Notes: generated by a model not told the origin, from the sequence alone. A stretch of DNA of 58,915 nucleotides, filler included, from 6 parts of 6 records of this genome joined end to end with filler, not necessarily neighbours in it; one strand, 5' to 3'. Counted from the first letter of the whole stretch, positions 19,768 to 31,577 are shown. Program-made: numbers and translations.

Positions 19768-22712
19768 ATGAAATATTTTTTTAAACCTGCTTTTATGTTT
19801 AGAACTAATAGTTTGATAAACATTGAACTAAAGAAAATCTTAATTGCGCTTATTTTATTTGCTTCTATAAGTTGTTTTGGACAAGTATCCCATATAAAGA
19901 CCTATCATGAGAACGAAGGAGGGATTGAAGGACTTAAATATCCGGCAGATATAGAGATTGATAGAGATGGAAATATATATATTGTAGGGAATTCAACTAT
20001 AACATTTCTTAAATCTAATGATTCACTAAAAAGTATAGAATACATTGAAAAATATGACGCAAATGAATTTTCAGGTTTACTAAATACTAATCAAATTATA
20101 TCTACTCCAAATAAAAGGTTCTTTTATATATCTGGTTCCAAGGAAATGTTCTCTTTTGAAAAAAACAGTAGTACTGGTGAGCTTATTTTTAAGCAAAATA
20201 TAAATGAAGACAATAGTTCTGCGGCTATAGGATATTCTTTAGGCAGTGATATGGTTATCACACCAGATTCCAAAAATTTATATTTTGTATCAGGTTTTTC
20301 ACCGCATGATGCAATAAATATATTTACTATTAACGCAACCACTGGAATACTAACATTGGATTCAAAAATAACGAGTGTTCATGATTTAAGCAACCTAGTA
20401 TGCAACAATAATTTTGTATACGCATCAGGATTTGGTTTTCGAGACACATCGCTTTGTGTTTTTAAACGTTCCAATTACAATAGTTTAACTTTAGTTCAAA
20501 GATTGTATGTGAACTCAGACAGTATAAAAACTCCATCAAAATTAGTTTTATCTCGCGATAATAAATTTTTGTATGTGTATGATAATAAAACAATCGTCAC
20601 ATTTGATTTAGATGAAAATACGGGAAAACTCAAATATAAACAGACACTAAAAATCGAGGAATGTTTTGATGACTTTTGGGGTCTTATTGATATGCAAATT
20701 AGTGATGATAATAAAAATCTATATTTATCTGGCATACATAGTTTAGCTGTTTTCTCTAGGGACGTAAGTAACGGGGTATTAGAATTTGAACAGGTTATTC
20801 AACAAAATGTTAATGGATTTGAAGGTTTTGACCATATTTCTTCTATGAAGATAGACATAAAAAGCTCTAAGCTGATCGCGCTTAGCAAATATGAAGATCA
20901 GTTTTTTATTTTTCAAAGAGATGAACAAGATGGAAAACTAACTTACATTGATAAAGTTAAAAACGAACAAGGCAAGATAAAAGGTTTAAGTGATGCAGTT
21001 GATATACTTATCTCAAAAGATGATAATTTTTTATATGTTTTATGCCTCTCAGGGACTAACAATATTGCCATATTTGAAAGAAAAAGTAATGGATTTTTAA
21101 AGTTTAAAAAGAATGTAACATGGGACGAATTAGGCCCCTCTGTTGGTACTCCTGGGGTGTTTAAATTAAGCTCGGATGAAAAGTATATGTTTATTTCTTC
21201 AAAAGGTTATTTTGGAATTAGGGTTCTAAGAAGAGATACTTTAAACGGAGATCTTAATTATTTATACTCTTATACAGATGACGAAACTGGCATTGAAGAC
21301 GAAAGTATAACAGACATAGTAATTACGAATGATTCTAAGAATCTTTATGCTGTAACGTATAGTTATTTATTGAATTATGAAATTGATCCATTAACTAATG
21401 CTTTGAATTTCGTTTCAAAAATAGAGTTAAATGAATCTGGGGAAAATGGCTTTAAGGGAAATAAAACTATACTTGCAAGTTTAGATAATAATTACATTTA
21501 TACATTTTGTGCAACTGATTTTTATAATTCGGGTATCTCTGCATATTCAAGGAATGAAGAAGGAGGACTTTCACTTATTGATAATTATACCTCGGAGGAT
21601 TTCCCTTTTAAAGTGAGACAAAGATTTTCTAGTCTGGTTACACCTCAAAATGATTTTATTTATTTAGCAGGAACATCTTTAATCTGTCTCCAACGAAATA
21701 AAGAAACAGGCGAACTAGTGTATGTTGAAGAAACTAAATTTGAGGAGATTGGATTAGAAGATTTATTTAAGATAGATCATATTGCAATTAGTAACGACGG
21801 TAAATATCTTGTTGGTGTCTCAAATGACGATAAGATGATTATATCATTTTATAGAAATATTGAGACAGGGAAACTCTTGCTAAAACAAATAGAACATTTT
21901 AGTGACGACAAAGTATATGCAGGTACTCCTCCGAAATCAGTTTTTTCTCAGGATATGAAGAATTTGTATATTATTTCTCCTTATGATTGGGAGATGACAG
22001 CCTATGAAGCTTTTATGCCTTTAGGGTTAAAAAAAGTAACCGATGTATGTGGAGATTCTGTGAATTTATTAATAGATCCAGGTTATTCATATAATTGGTC
22101 CAATGGTGACACAACAAGTTCAACTCTTGTTACTGAACCTGGAATCTATTCGGTAAGCGTTCAGGATAGTTCGGGCCGCAAAGGTCGAGATACAACAGAG
22201 GTTGTATTTCATTCAATACCTGAAGTAAAATTATATATTGATACTGCTTATTCAACCAGCAGCAGGTTGTTTGTTTTTTCAGAGATTGAAGGGGGGCTTA
22301 TCCTTACAATTATCTATGGCATGATAGTTCAACATATTATTATTGTTCTGTTGAAACAAATGTGTTAACAACAGAAAATGATATTAGATTAAAGGTGACA
22401 GATAAATATGGATGTGAAGCTAATTGTAAATTTTCATTGGAATTAATTTCAGGCTTAAATTATCTTAATAATAATTTGTCAATTTACCCTAATCCTGTTC
22501 AGAATATCATAAATCTAGAATTCAAAGAGTTCGTGAATGATATAGTTTTATTAAAAATAATTCACTCTTCTGGTAAAATAGTCTATGAAGAAAAGTTAGG
22601 TGGATTTGGAAAATATAGTGTTGATTTATCTAATTTAAGTCAGGGGATGTATCTGTTGGAATTATCGAATAACAATTTTCCAAAAATTTTAGTAAAAGTA
22701 ATTAAGAATTAA
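19768..22712 (+). CDS. Lactonase-like tandem beta-propeller protein with a T9SS CTD (frameshift at G6 22291-22296)
   Basis: About 14 blades of S.D.K.LY...F.RD..TG.L type. One extra G gives EGGAYPYNYLW and joins the 22362-22712 ORF ending IYPNP..GMYLL..KVIK. Confidence 0.8.
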
Positions 22713-22760
22713 TCTGTAATATTTCTATTAGTTAATCGTTACTTATCAAAATACAATGCT

Positions 22761-23440
22761 TTGGAATCTATAATTCATACCGAAAAACTTTCTCGCATTT
22801 ATACCAAAGGCACAACAGAAGTAACTGCTTTGTTAGATTGTTACATTGACATTGAAAAAGGGAGTTTTGTCTCAATTGTAGGCAAGTCAGGTTCTGGAAA
22901 ATCTACATTTCTTAATTTAGCAGGGGGCTTGACAAACCATCGTCTGGGAGCATAGTAATTAAAAATACTGATTTGGCACAGATGTCGCGAAGGCAATTGG
23001 CTCAACACAGAAAATTTAGCGTGGGCATGATTTTTCAATCATTTAATCTAATACCAACTTACACCGCGGCTGATAATGTGTCGCTGGCACTTGCTTTTGG
23101 CGGTGTGTCTAAATCAAATAGGAAACGTCGCGCTTCTGAGCTACTGGGAAAAGTTGGTTTGATAGATCGTGTCAATCATAAACCAACCGAACTATCAGGA
23201 GGTGAATCCCAACGAGTTGCCATAGCACGTGCCATAGCAAATAATCCGGAAATAATATTGGCAGATGAACCAACTGGTAATCTTGATACCGAAACTTCTA
23301 ACCATATAATTGATATCTTAAAGCAACTCAACAAAGAGGATGGGAAAACAATTATAATGGTAACGCACGATTTAGAAACCGCAGAATCGGTTTCAGATTC
23401 AATTATTCGATTAAAAGATGGTAAACAGATAGAATTATGA
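22761..23440 (+). CDS. ABC transporter ATP-binding protein, LolD/MacB type (frameshift at G5 22923-22927)
   Basis: Walker A GKSGSGKST, LSGGESQRVAIARA, ADEPTGNLD and VTHD. One extra G restores GGLDKPSSG. Confidence 0.9.
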
Positions 23441-24831
23441 GAATAGTTGATTTATTAAAAATGGGACTTGAGAATCTTTGGAGGACAAAGCTTAGAACTT
23501 TCTTAACAATTCTTGGGGTTATAGTGGGAGTAGGGGCTCTAACCTCCATGGTGTCTTTTGGTACCGGAATGCAAAAAAATATAACCGATGCATTTGAAAA
23601 AAATGATTTGTTTACCAGTTTGCGTGTTACACCCCAAAAGATTGATTTAAATTCAATAGCAAGTGCAGAAATTGATAGTATAGCCAAATCATTCACCGAA
23701 GAAGGAACTGTACTTAACGATTCAATAGTTGACATAATAAAAAATATCCCAAAAGTAATTGTGGCATTCCCAGAAATAAGTATTCCTGTTAGTGCTGGAT
23801 ATAATAATCAAGAGAAAAAAACAAATGTGCGAATTATTCCTCCGGAAATGAAAAGGTATTATCCATTTAACCAGTTAATTGCAGGTGAATTTTTCCAATC
23901 AGAAAAAGATAGTGGAATAATTGTTAAGAAAAGTCTACTGGCTGGCTTGGGGATAAATACATCAAAATTAGATAGTTTGGAGGATAAAGGTGAAGTAAGT
24001 TACGATACCATTATTGGAAAAAATCTGGAAGTAATCGGAGTCTCATTTGATGCATCAAAATTTAATCCCCTTTTTGCTTTAATGGGTAACAGGAAATTAC
24101 CCATTAAAGAAACATCTATTGAATTTCCAATTATAGGCATCCTAAAAGATGAAAACAACGATTTTTCAGCGGACAGATTTTCAGGCGATATTTTTATTTC
24201 TCCTGATGCAGGGAAAAAAATCCCATCGATTGGTTTTAGTAATGTGTGGGATATTCTCGGGAAAGTTGGCCAGGGGGAAGGTTATGGTTCCATCTATGTG
24301 CGGGTAGATGAAATAAGCGATTTAAAACCAGTGAAAGAATCAATTGAAAATATGGGCTTGCACACATTTGCTTTTTCAGAAGAATTAAAAGAAGTGAAAA
24401 AAGCATTCTTGATTCTTGACTCTCTGCTGGGGGCTGTTGGTTTTATTGCATTGTTTGTAGCAGCCCTTGGGATTATAAACACCATGGTAATGTCTATCCT
24501 TGAACGAACAAGGGAAATAGGTATTATGAAATCAATAGGTGGAAGTGAAAGGGAAATAAAAACGATATTTTTTGCTGAAGCAGGAACCATAGGTTTTATA
24601 GGCGGGATATTGGGGCTTGTTGTTGGCTGGCTGGTTACACGGGTCGCTAAATATATTCTAAACGCCAAGCTAATCCCGGAAGATATTTCAGAAGTTGAAA
24701 TTTTCTATTTTCCTATTTGGTTAATTCTAGGCGCTTTGGCATTTGCTATATTGTTAAGTCTAGCCGCAGGCTTGTATCCAGCATCACGTGCAGCTAAAAT
24801 AGATCCGGTAAGAGCATTGCGCCACGATTAA
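23437..24831 (+). CDS. ABC transporter permease, MacB/FtsX family
   Basis: Motifs LRTFLTILG, GIINTM.MSILERTREIGIMK.IG and PA.RAA.IDPV.ALR. Confidence 0.92.
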   Translation: MRIVDLLKMGLENLWRTKLRTFLTILGVIVGVGALTSMVSFGTGMQKNITDAFEKNDLFTSLRVTPQKIDLNSIASAEIDSIAKSFTEEGTVLNDSIVDIIKNIPKVIVAFPEISIPVSAGYNNQEKKTNVRIIPPEMKRYYPFNQLIAGEFFQSEKDSGIIVKKSLLAGLGINTSKLDSLEDKGEVSYDTIIGKNLEVIGVSFDASKFNPLFALMGNRKLPIKETSIEFPIIGILKDENNDFSADRFSGDIFISPDAGKKIPSIGFSNVWDILGKVGQGEGYGSIYVRVDEISDLKPVKESIENMGLHTFAFSEELKEVKKAFLILDSLLGAVGFIALFVAALGIINTMVMSILERTREIGIMKSIGGSEREIKTIFFAEAGTIGFIGGILGLVVGWLVTRVAKYILNAKLIPEDISEVEIFYFPIWLILGALAFAILLSLAAGLYPASRAAKIDPVRALRHD

Positions 24832-25044
24832 ATATTAGGGGAAATAATAAAAAGGACATATTCATAGAGGCAGTACTAAATTTTTAACTCATCGATTTTT
24901 TGTCACCGTTCATCTATTTTGAAATATAAATCCTCGAAAAAAGAATAATTTGTTTAATTTTATTTTTATCTTGTCAATAGATACAGATTACTGTCATTGT
25001 AGGAACAAGAAATATTAGAGAAACACTATATCTTTTTATTTGGA

Positions 25045-25464
25045 ATGAACAAGGATACCTCTTTAAATACAACCCTGTTAGATGCGGATTACGTGCTTGT
25101 TACCTATGACAATACATCAAAAATCCTGGCAATTATTTGGAAAGGTAAATTAACTAGTAAAGAGTATAGGCATACGTATGTTAAAGCACTTGAATTTACC
25201 GAAGATCATAAAGTAGAGGGATTTCTGGTTGATATCAGCAAACAAAAAAGATTATCAAAAGCAGATAAAAAATGGTTTGATGAACAAGTATTGCCAAATG
25301 CAAATTCTGTGGGATTGAAAAAGGCTTGTGTTGTCTACGATGGTAATATCTTTCGCGAGTATTATCTAACACAAATTACAAAAAGAACAAAGAAGTATCC
25401 AATGCCATACAGATACTTCAAATCAAGGCGCATGGCAATGGAATGGTTGCTTGATGGGAAATAA
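25045..25464 (+). CDS. Hypothetical protein, SpoIIAA/STAS-SEC14-like Bacteroidota family
   Basis: 139 aa with the pattern W.G..S..YR...D..W....LP...GLKK...YF.....A.EWL. Confidence 0.55.
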   Translation: MNKDTSLNTTLLDADYVLVTYDNTSKILAIIWKGKLTSKEYRHTYVKALEFTEDHKVEGFLVDISKQKRLSKADKKWFDEQVLPNANSVGLKKACVVYDGNIFREYYLTQITKRTKKYPMPYRYFKSRRMAMEWLLDGK

Positions 25465-25527
25465 TCTCTGAACATTTTCAATTTTATTAGAGTTTTTTCG
25501 GTATCTAAATAATCAAAACCCTTACTT

Positions 25528-27120
25528 ATGAAACGTCGTGATTTTATCCATGCAAGTTCAGTATTGAGTGCTTCTCTTTCTTCATTGTTAGTATCATGCA
25601 GTTCGAATAAGAAGTCAGGAAGTGAACCTTTTACGCTGGAAGAAAAAACAATCTCAGAGTTAAGAGAAATGATGGAAAAAGGCAGCCTGACATCTGAATT
25701 AATTACGCGGCAATACATAAATAGAATTGAAGAAATTGATCAAAATAGTCATCAACTGAATTCAGTTATTGTTATAAATCCGGATGCCTTGGAAATTGCT
25801 AAACAAAGGGATGTAGAAAGAGTAGAAGGGAATCTGAGAGGAATTTTGCACGGAATCCCTATCCTTTTAAAAGATAATATTGATACATATGATAAAATGC
25901 AAACGACAGGTGGCTCATTGGCATTAAATAATTCTTTCCCTGCAACTGATTCGGTTGTTGCAGCAAAATTGAGAGAAGCAGGAGCAGTTATTCTTGGCAA
26001 GACCAATTTAAGTGAATGGGCGAATTTTCGATCAACACGCTCATCGAGTGGGTGGAGTGGAGTGGGTGGACAAACTAAAAATCCATATGCGTTAAATAGA
26101 AATCCATGTGGCTCGAGTTCAGGTTCTGGAGTTGCTGTTTCTGCAAATCTTTGTGCAGCAGCTATTGGGACTGAGACGGATGGTTCCATTGTATGTCCAT
26201 CCAATGCCAATGGTATTGTTGGAATAAAACCAACAGTTGGCCTCGTGAGCAGAACAGGGATAATTCCCATCTCGTTTACACAAGATACTGCTGGCCCCAT
26301 GGCAAGAACAGTAGAAGATGCGGCTATTGTTTTAAATGCACTGGTTGGTACAGATAAAAATGATAGCAAAACACTTGAGGCAGAAGGTAAATCGCAAACT
26401 GATTATACGCAATTTTTGAATAAAGATGCGTTAAATGGGGCAAGGTTTGGGATTGCGACAAAACGCTTTGGTTTTCACGAACAAGTGGATAGGGTGCTTA
26501 AAGAAGCCCTCTTGAAAATGCAGGAGCTTGGGGCAGAAATGATTGATGTTAATGAGATTTTCACAACAAAAGGTGTGAGCGATGCCGAATATACTGTGCT
26601 TTTGTATGAATTTAAAGATGGACTTAACAAATATCTTTCAAACCTAAAAAATCCAAATGTTAATAGTTTAAAGGATTTAATTCAGTTTAATAAAGATAAT
26701 CACCAAACAGAAATGCCTTATTTCCAACAAGAAATTTTTGAGTTGGCAGAAACAAAAGGAGATTTAAACGAAAAGGAATACCTCGATGCACTTGAACTTT
26801 GCAGAAAAGGCTCAAGAGAAGAAGGAATTGATCGCATACTGAAAGAACACAACCTTGACGCAATTCTCGCACCAACAGGAGGTTCTGCTTGGACTACAGA
26901 TAAAATTAATGGAGATCATTACATTGGGGGAAGTTCTTCTGCGGCAGCAATTTCTGGTTATCCGAATATTACTGTCCCAGCTGGATTTATTCATGGCCTT
27001 CCAATCGGGTTGTCATTTTTTAGCACCGCATTTACTGAGCCAAAATTGATTGGCTATGCTTATGCTTTTGAGCAACATACAAATTATAGAAAGTCGCCCG
27101 GTTTTTTAACATTTGTTTGA
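25528..27120 (+). CDS. Amidase signature family protein, putative Tat lipoprotein
   Basis: Motifs GIPILLKDNI, GKTNLSEWAN, CGSSSGS and GTETDGSI; N-terminus MKRRDFI...LVSC. Confidence 0.9.
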   Translation: MKRRDFIHASSVLSASLSSLLVSCSSNKKSGSEPFTLEEKTISELREMMEKGSLTSELITRQYINRIEEIDQNSHQLNSVIVINPDALEIAKQRDVERVEGNLRGILHGIPILLKDNIDTYDKMQTTGGSLALNNSFPATDSVVAAKLREAGAVILGKTNLSEWANFRSTRSSSGWSGVGGQTKNPYALNRNPCGSSSGSGVAVSANLCAAAIGTETDGSIVCPSNANGIVGIKPTVGLVSRTGIIPISFTQDTAGPMARTVEDAAIVLNALVGTDKNDSKTLEAEGKSQTDYTQFLNKDALNGARFGIATKRFGFHEQVDRVLKEALLKMQELGAEMIDVNEIFTTKGVSDAEYTVLLYEFKDGLNKYLSNLKNPNVNSLKDLIQFNKDNHQTEMPYFQQEIFELAETKGDLNEKEYLDALELCRKGSREEGIDRILKEHNLDAILAPTGGSAWTTDKINGDHYIGGSSSAAAISGYPNITVPAGFIHGLPIGLSFFSTAFTEPKLIGYAYAFEQHTNYRKSPGFLTFV

Positions 27121-27243
27121 TTTATAGGTTATTCCTGTAAGGATTTATTTGCTCAATTATAATGGGATTTGGTCTATTTCATTTTGTGTAATAATATCGT
27201 AACTTATTCAAAATTTGAAATAACCAGAAAAAAATTAAAAGCC

Positions 27244-27830
27244 ATGAAACCAAAAATAAGCAAAGGTGCATTAATTCTATTCATGCTATTTTTTATCTGC
27301 GGAAATGTATTTTGTCTGGATACGATTTATTATTATGGTGCTAACTATAAACCATTAGATTCAGAAAAAAATTCCCGTTTTTCAAAAAGAGTATCTACAA
27401 ATAAAAAAATAATCGTTGTTGAATCGTATTCAAAAATAGAAGGTAAATGGATTTTATCGCAAACTGAAAAGTTTAAGGAAAACAATACGAATGATTTTAA
27501 TATTACCATAAAGCCCCCAACTGGAATTGCTTATGATGTTCAACGTAAGTATAGAAAAATTGAAGATGAAAAATATGAGTTCAGGGATTATAGAAATAAT
27601 AAATTAATTCGATTGGGTAGAACATCCTCTATAATTCCTTTGTGCCTGCAAGATACACTAAAGGAATATTATTTAAATGGGCATTTGAAGACCATTGCGG
27701 TGTATAAAAATAATCAACAACACAGCAACGAAAACTGGTTGCGAAATGGCACAAAATACCATGATAATATTTATTATGCTGTTGATGAAGAACCTAGGTA
27801 TATTCATGGTCAGCAACATTTTAATAATTT
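27244..27830 (+). CDS. Exported protein, probably TonB C-terminal domain-containing (3' truncated)
   Basis: Signal-like N-terminus and an EYY.NG repeat; ends in VDEEPRY..G, the start of a Bacteroidota TonB_C. Confidence 0.5.
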
Positions 27831-27930
27831 NNNNNNNNNNNNNNNNNNNNNNNNNNNNNNNNNNNNNNNNNNNNTTAATTAATTAANNNNNNNNNNNNNN
27901 NNNNNNNNNNNNNNNNNNNNNNNNNNNNNN
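27831..27930. other. Artificial contig linker
   Basis: N44-TTAATTAATTAA-N44. Confidence 0.98.
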
Positions 27931-27981
27931 TTATCACAGAATGTAATGTCTCTCATAGGTAAATTTTTAAGATAAGATTAT

Positions 27982-28086
27982 ATACAGAAAAGGAAACCAC
28001 CAAAGTGGTTTCCTTTTCTGTATGATTGAACCTGTGCCAAAGGCTGCTTCTGCAGCCTCGTCGGCAAAGCTTTGCCGACGTTTGGC
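27982..28086. repeat. Cluster of inverted repeats (19-bp hairpin plus a three-way-junction element)
   Basis: ATACAGAAAAGGAAACCAC/GTGGTTTCCTTTTCTGTAT hairpin. GCCAAA..TTTGGC encloses GGCTGC/GCAGCC and the 22-bp palindrome CGTCGGCAAAGCTTTGCCGACG. Confidence 0.75.
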
Positions 28087-28260
28087 TTCCCTTTTCCAAG
28101 GAAATTTATATTATATTATGAATTATAAAATAAAATCATAGGATAATTAAACTATTATTGAATCATCTGTAATCGTTTAGTCAGGTCACCTGTGATGACC
28201 TGCTTTTCAGCAGCTTTAACTACTGCAAAAACAGCCTTTGCATTAATTATCCCCACACCT

Positions 28261-28686
28261 TTACTCCAGATTATTCTTAATCTTCCCAAGAACCCTTATA
28301 ACCGACTCCTTCTCCTCATCAGTTATCCCTTCCCAGATCTTATCAATAAGATTCTCTGAAATACCAAGACATACCGGTTTTATCTTCTTACCCTTGGCAG
28401 TTAGGATAACCTCCACACTCCGCTGATCCCCTGCCGCAGCCACTTTTTTCACATACCCTGCAGCAACAAGCTTACCAACCAGAGAGGTTACAGTAGACTT
28501 ATCCCGCTGCACAGCCTCAGCCAACCCCTTCATGGCTACCCGCTCATGACTGAAAAGATAAAAGAGTATTGCCCCATGCGAAGGCGCAAAACCATCAATA
28601 TCATGGTTTTTGAGTTCTTTGATTAAAAATCTGTTAATAGCAGAGCGCACCTTACTAATCAGACTTGCAATTTCATGTGTATTCAT
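28261..28686 (-). CDS. MarR family transcriptional regulator
   Basis: wHTH LA..V.RDKSTVT.LV.KL...GYV, then D.RSV.V.LT.KG. Probable start MNTHEI at 28686. Confidence 0.9.
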   Translation of the reverse strand: MNTHEIASLISKVRSAINRFLIKELKNHDIDGFAPSHGAILFYLFSHERVAMKGLAEAVQRDKSTVTSLVGKLVAAGYVKKVAAAGDQRSVEVILTAKGKKIKPVCLGISENLIDKIWEGITDEEKESVIRVLGKIKNNLE

Positions 28687-29000
28687 ACACTGAAATATAC
28701 TTTGACAGCAAACTAAAGTCAATATCTTTTCTCTTTTTTATTTCCCACCCCAGCCAGCATCACCCCAATCTACTCCCTAATAAATCATATTTTACCATAA
28801 CAAAAGAGAACAAAGATAGTAAAATAACGGTAAAGAAAAGATCTGATATTGATGCAGAGATAGCATTTGACTATACTAATGGGAGCAAAGATCTGTCTCA
28901 AGCACCTCGCAAGTAGTGTTACACCTGTAGGCATGACAGAGAAACAGATCGAAGAGCTGGCAACACTTCTTTAATTCTTAACAATATTACACTTAAAAAA

Positions 29001-29032
29001 ATATCCGTCACCTCAACAAAGGTAACGGATAT
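29001..29032 (-). terminator. Terminator after the Na/Pi transporter gene
   Basis: ATATCCGT.ACCT/AGGT.ACGGATAT hairpin with a T-run on the minus strand. Confidence 0.6.
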
Positions 29033-29067
29033 TAATTATTATATTCACACTACCAATATGCTAAGAC

Positions 29068-31577
29068 TTATACTCTGCGGTTATAAATCGCCTGCACAAC
29101 ATTGAAGAGGTGTCCGCCAACACGATTGAGATTCCCCAGCATATCAAGATAGATCATACCGGTACGCACCTCACAATTACCATGTTCCTGTCTGGCAATA
29201 TGATTCTTCCTGAAGTCACTCGCTGAATTTTTCAACTTTTCAGCAGCCTCTTTGGCCTCTCTGAATTTCTCTTTTCGTTCCAAATCATCGCCTTCGTCGA
29301 CCCCTTCCTCACCAGATACAAACTTGAGATAAGAGTCAGTATGCGCAAATAACTGACCCAATTCATCAAGGATTATTCCCAGCTCATTATTGGCTTCAAC
29401 ACTGAAAGCAAGATTACGCTTTCTGACTCTTCTGGCGAGACGAAGAATATGCATGGAATGATCACCAATACGTTCCGCATCATTTACTGAATGCAGCAAC
29501 CTCGGCAAAGCTCTCCCCTGCTCTTCTGTCAGCACTTCCTGAGAGATATTGGTTACATACTCGGTAACAGCCTTCTGCAGATTATCCACGTCCTTCTCAA
29601 GCCTGTTCACAGCCGCAGAGATCACAGTAAAGGAATCATCTTCACTATCTGTTTCTTCCCCCGGCTCTGGTGATTTATGCGTAAGAATATAGTTGGAACT
29701 GGTAGTAATAGCTGTCTTACCCTTCTCAAGCATGATTGCAATCTCATACCATGCCTGCTCCAGGGCAATAGCCGGAGTAGCAATAAGATGGGGATCAAGA
29801 ACCTTGGAAGCACTTCTCTCCCGCTTCTCATCCCGTGCTGGAGTCTGATCAGTCGAAGGAATAATCCTGCATGTAAGGAGCGCCAGCGGCGCAAGGAACC
29901 AGACAAAGACAAAGGTACAGCCTATATTGAAGAAGGTATGCGCATTAGCAAGAAAACGAGTCAGATTCTCACCTTGGAATGGATTACCCGCAGTAAAATT
30001 AGAGACAAAATCAAGGAATATCGGATGCGAGTTTACCTGCACATTCATCAGGGCAATCATCACTCCCGTACCAGCTATATTAAAGATAACGTGCGCACAG
30101 GCGGTACGTTTTGCCGTCTTGGTAGAACCGATAGAAGCAAGGATTGCAGTAATTGTAGTACCTATATTAGTACCGAGAAGAATCCCGAAGCCAGCATAGA
30201 CATCGAGCAGCCCAGCCCCGGCAAGAGTAAGCAGCAGACCGATCGCCGCACTCGAACTTTGCACAATAACAGTAAGCAGTGTACCAGCCAGAATAGCCTT
30301 GAAGAACGGAGCAAGTGGGATAAAGCCAGCCGCATCAGGCAAGCAACTCAGACCGCTGAAGATACTCCGCACACTCGAAGCGTCTTTGAGTTCCTTGAGC
30401 GGAGTCGACATCATCGCCATACCGAAGAAGAGCAACCCGAAACCGATAAGAATCTGCGCAATAAACTTAGTGTTACTCTTCTTCGCCGTAACAGCCATAA
30501 GCACACCGATACTGACAGCGACAGGTGCTAACGAAGAGAGTTTGAAGGAGAGCATCTGCGCAGTGATAGTAGTACCGATATTTGCTCCCATCACCACCCC
30601 GATAGCCTGCTCAAGGCTCATCAGACCGGCATTGACAAAACCGATAACCATAACAGTACACGCACTAGAACTCTGAATAAAACCAGTTACCATCGCCCCG
30701 ATACCGACTGCGGCAAACCTGTTACTGGTCAGGAAGTTGAGCAGCGACTCTAACTTATCCCCGGCAATAAGTGACAAACCCTCACTCATCAGACGCATAC
30801 CATAGATAAAGATCGCCAGACCTCCAGCAACACCTAGTATGACCTTCCAGATATCAATACTGAAGAAATCTATTTTCAGAGTTGGAGCAATATCCTCAAA
30901 TGTCCACGGAGAACTGATAACACTGACTCCAATCTCACCACCTCCCTGCTTTTTACCAAGCTTAACACCGAGCGAAGCAAGCCCATCATCATCTGTAACC
31001 CCAGAATTAACAAAAAGTTTCGACCCTTTTGGAGCTTTACGCAGGTCAAATCCGAACTTGACTCCACTTATCGGGTTACCCTCAGCATCCTCTGCTTTAA
31101 AAGTTACCGGATGCTCCAGCACAGTACCAGCCCAACCATCCTGATCATTACCAATTACGGTAATTCCACCAAGAATTGTTACAGTTGAAGGCTTGAGCCA
31201 CGGATGAGCCAGAGAACTGACCTCCACCACATACACCCCAGCCTTATCAATACCTGTCAGATAGACAGAAGTAACACCACCTGCATCAGTTTTGGTCTGC
31301 TGCGCAGAGAGACTCGTTGCTGAACCTTCCGGTCTACGGGTGATCTTCCAGTCCAACTCGATCGAAGGCGCAGGATGGTTAGAGGCTCCATCCTTCTCGT
31401 CCTGTATTTTCCCTGTCACATATGCCTGTAAACTAGGAGTTGAACCGATCCCGGAAGTGATGCAAGCAGCACTTTTCAGGGCAATTTTTTCGGCAAGACC
31501 TTCTCTTCTTCACCACAACCATACAGCACCAGAGATAAAAGAAATACAACCAGAAATGAGAGCTTCTTACTCGTCAT
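29068..31577 (-). CDS. Na/Pi cotransporter (NptA/YjbB, PhoU C-terminus) with an N-terminal lipoprotein signal and Ig-like domains; frameshift at T6 31485-31490
   Basis: Two QSSS repeats, GANIGTT/GTNIGTT and PhoU-like ERIGDH. ATG 31577 gives MTSKKLSFLVVFLLSLVLYG-C, joined in frame by one extra base. Two TD..G beta-rich domains precede the transporter. Confidence 0.85.

Noticed and set aside
22291-22927. Phase variation at the poly-G tracts in the T9SS and ABC genes
   Set aside because: The tracts are short (G5-G6), and the same one-base loss occurs window-wide in housekeeping genes, so error is more parsimonious.
28665-28972. Short + strand ORFs between MarR and the transporter (including MGAKICLKHL...EELATLL)
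   Set aside because: There is no convincing start or recognisable family; possibly a gene remnant, but unsupported.
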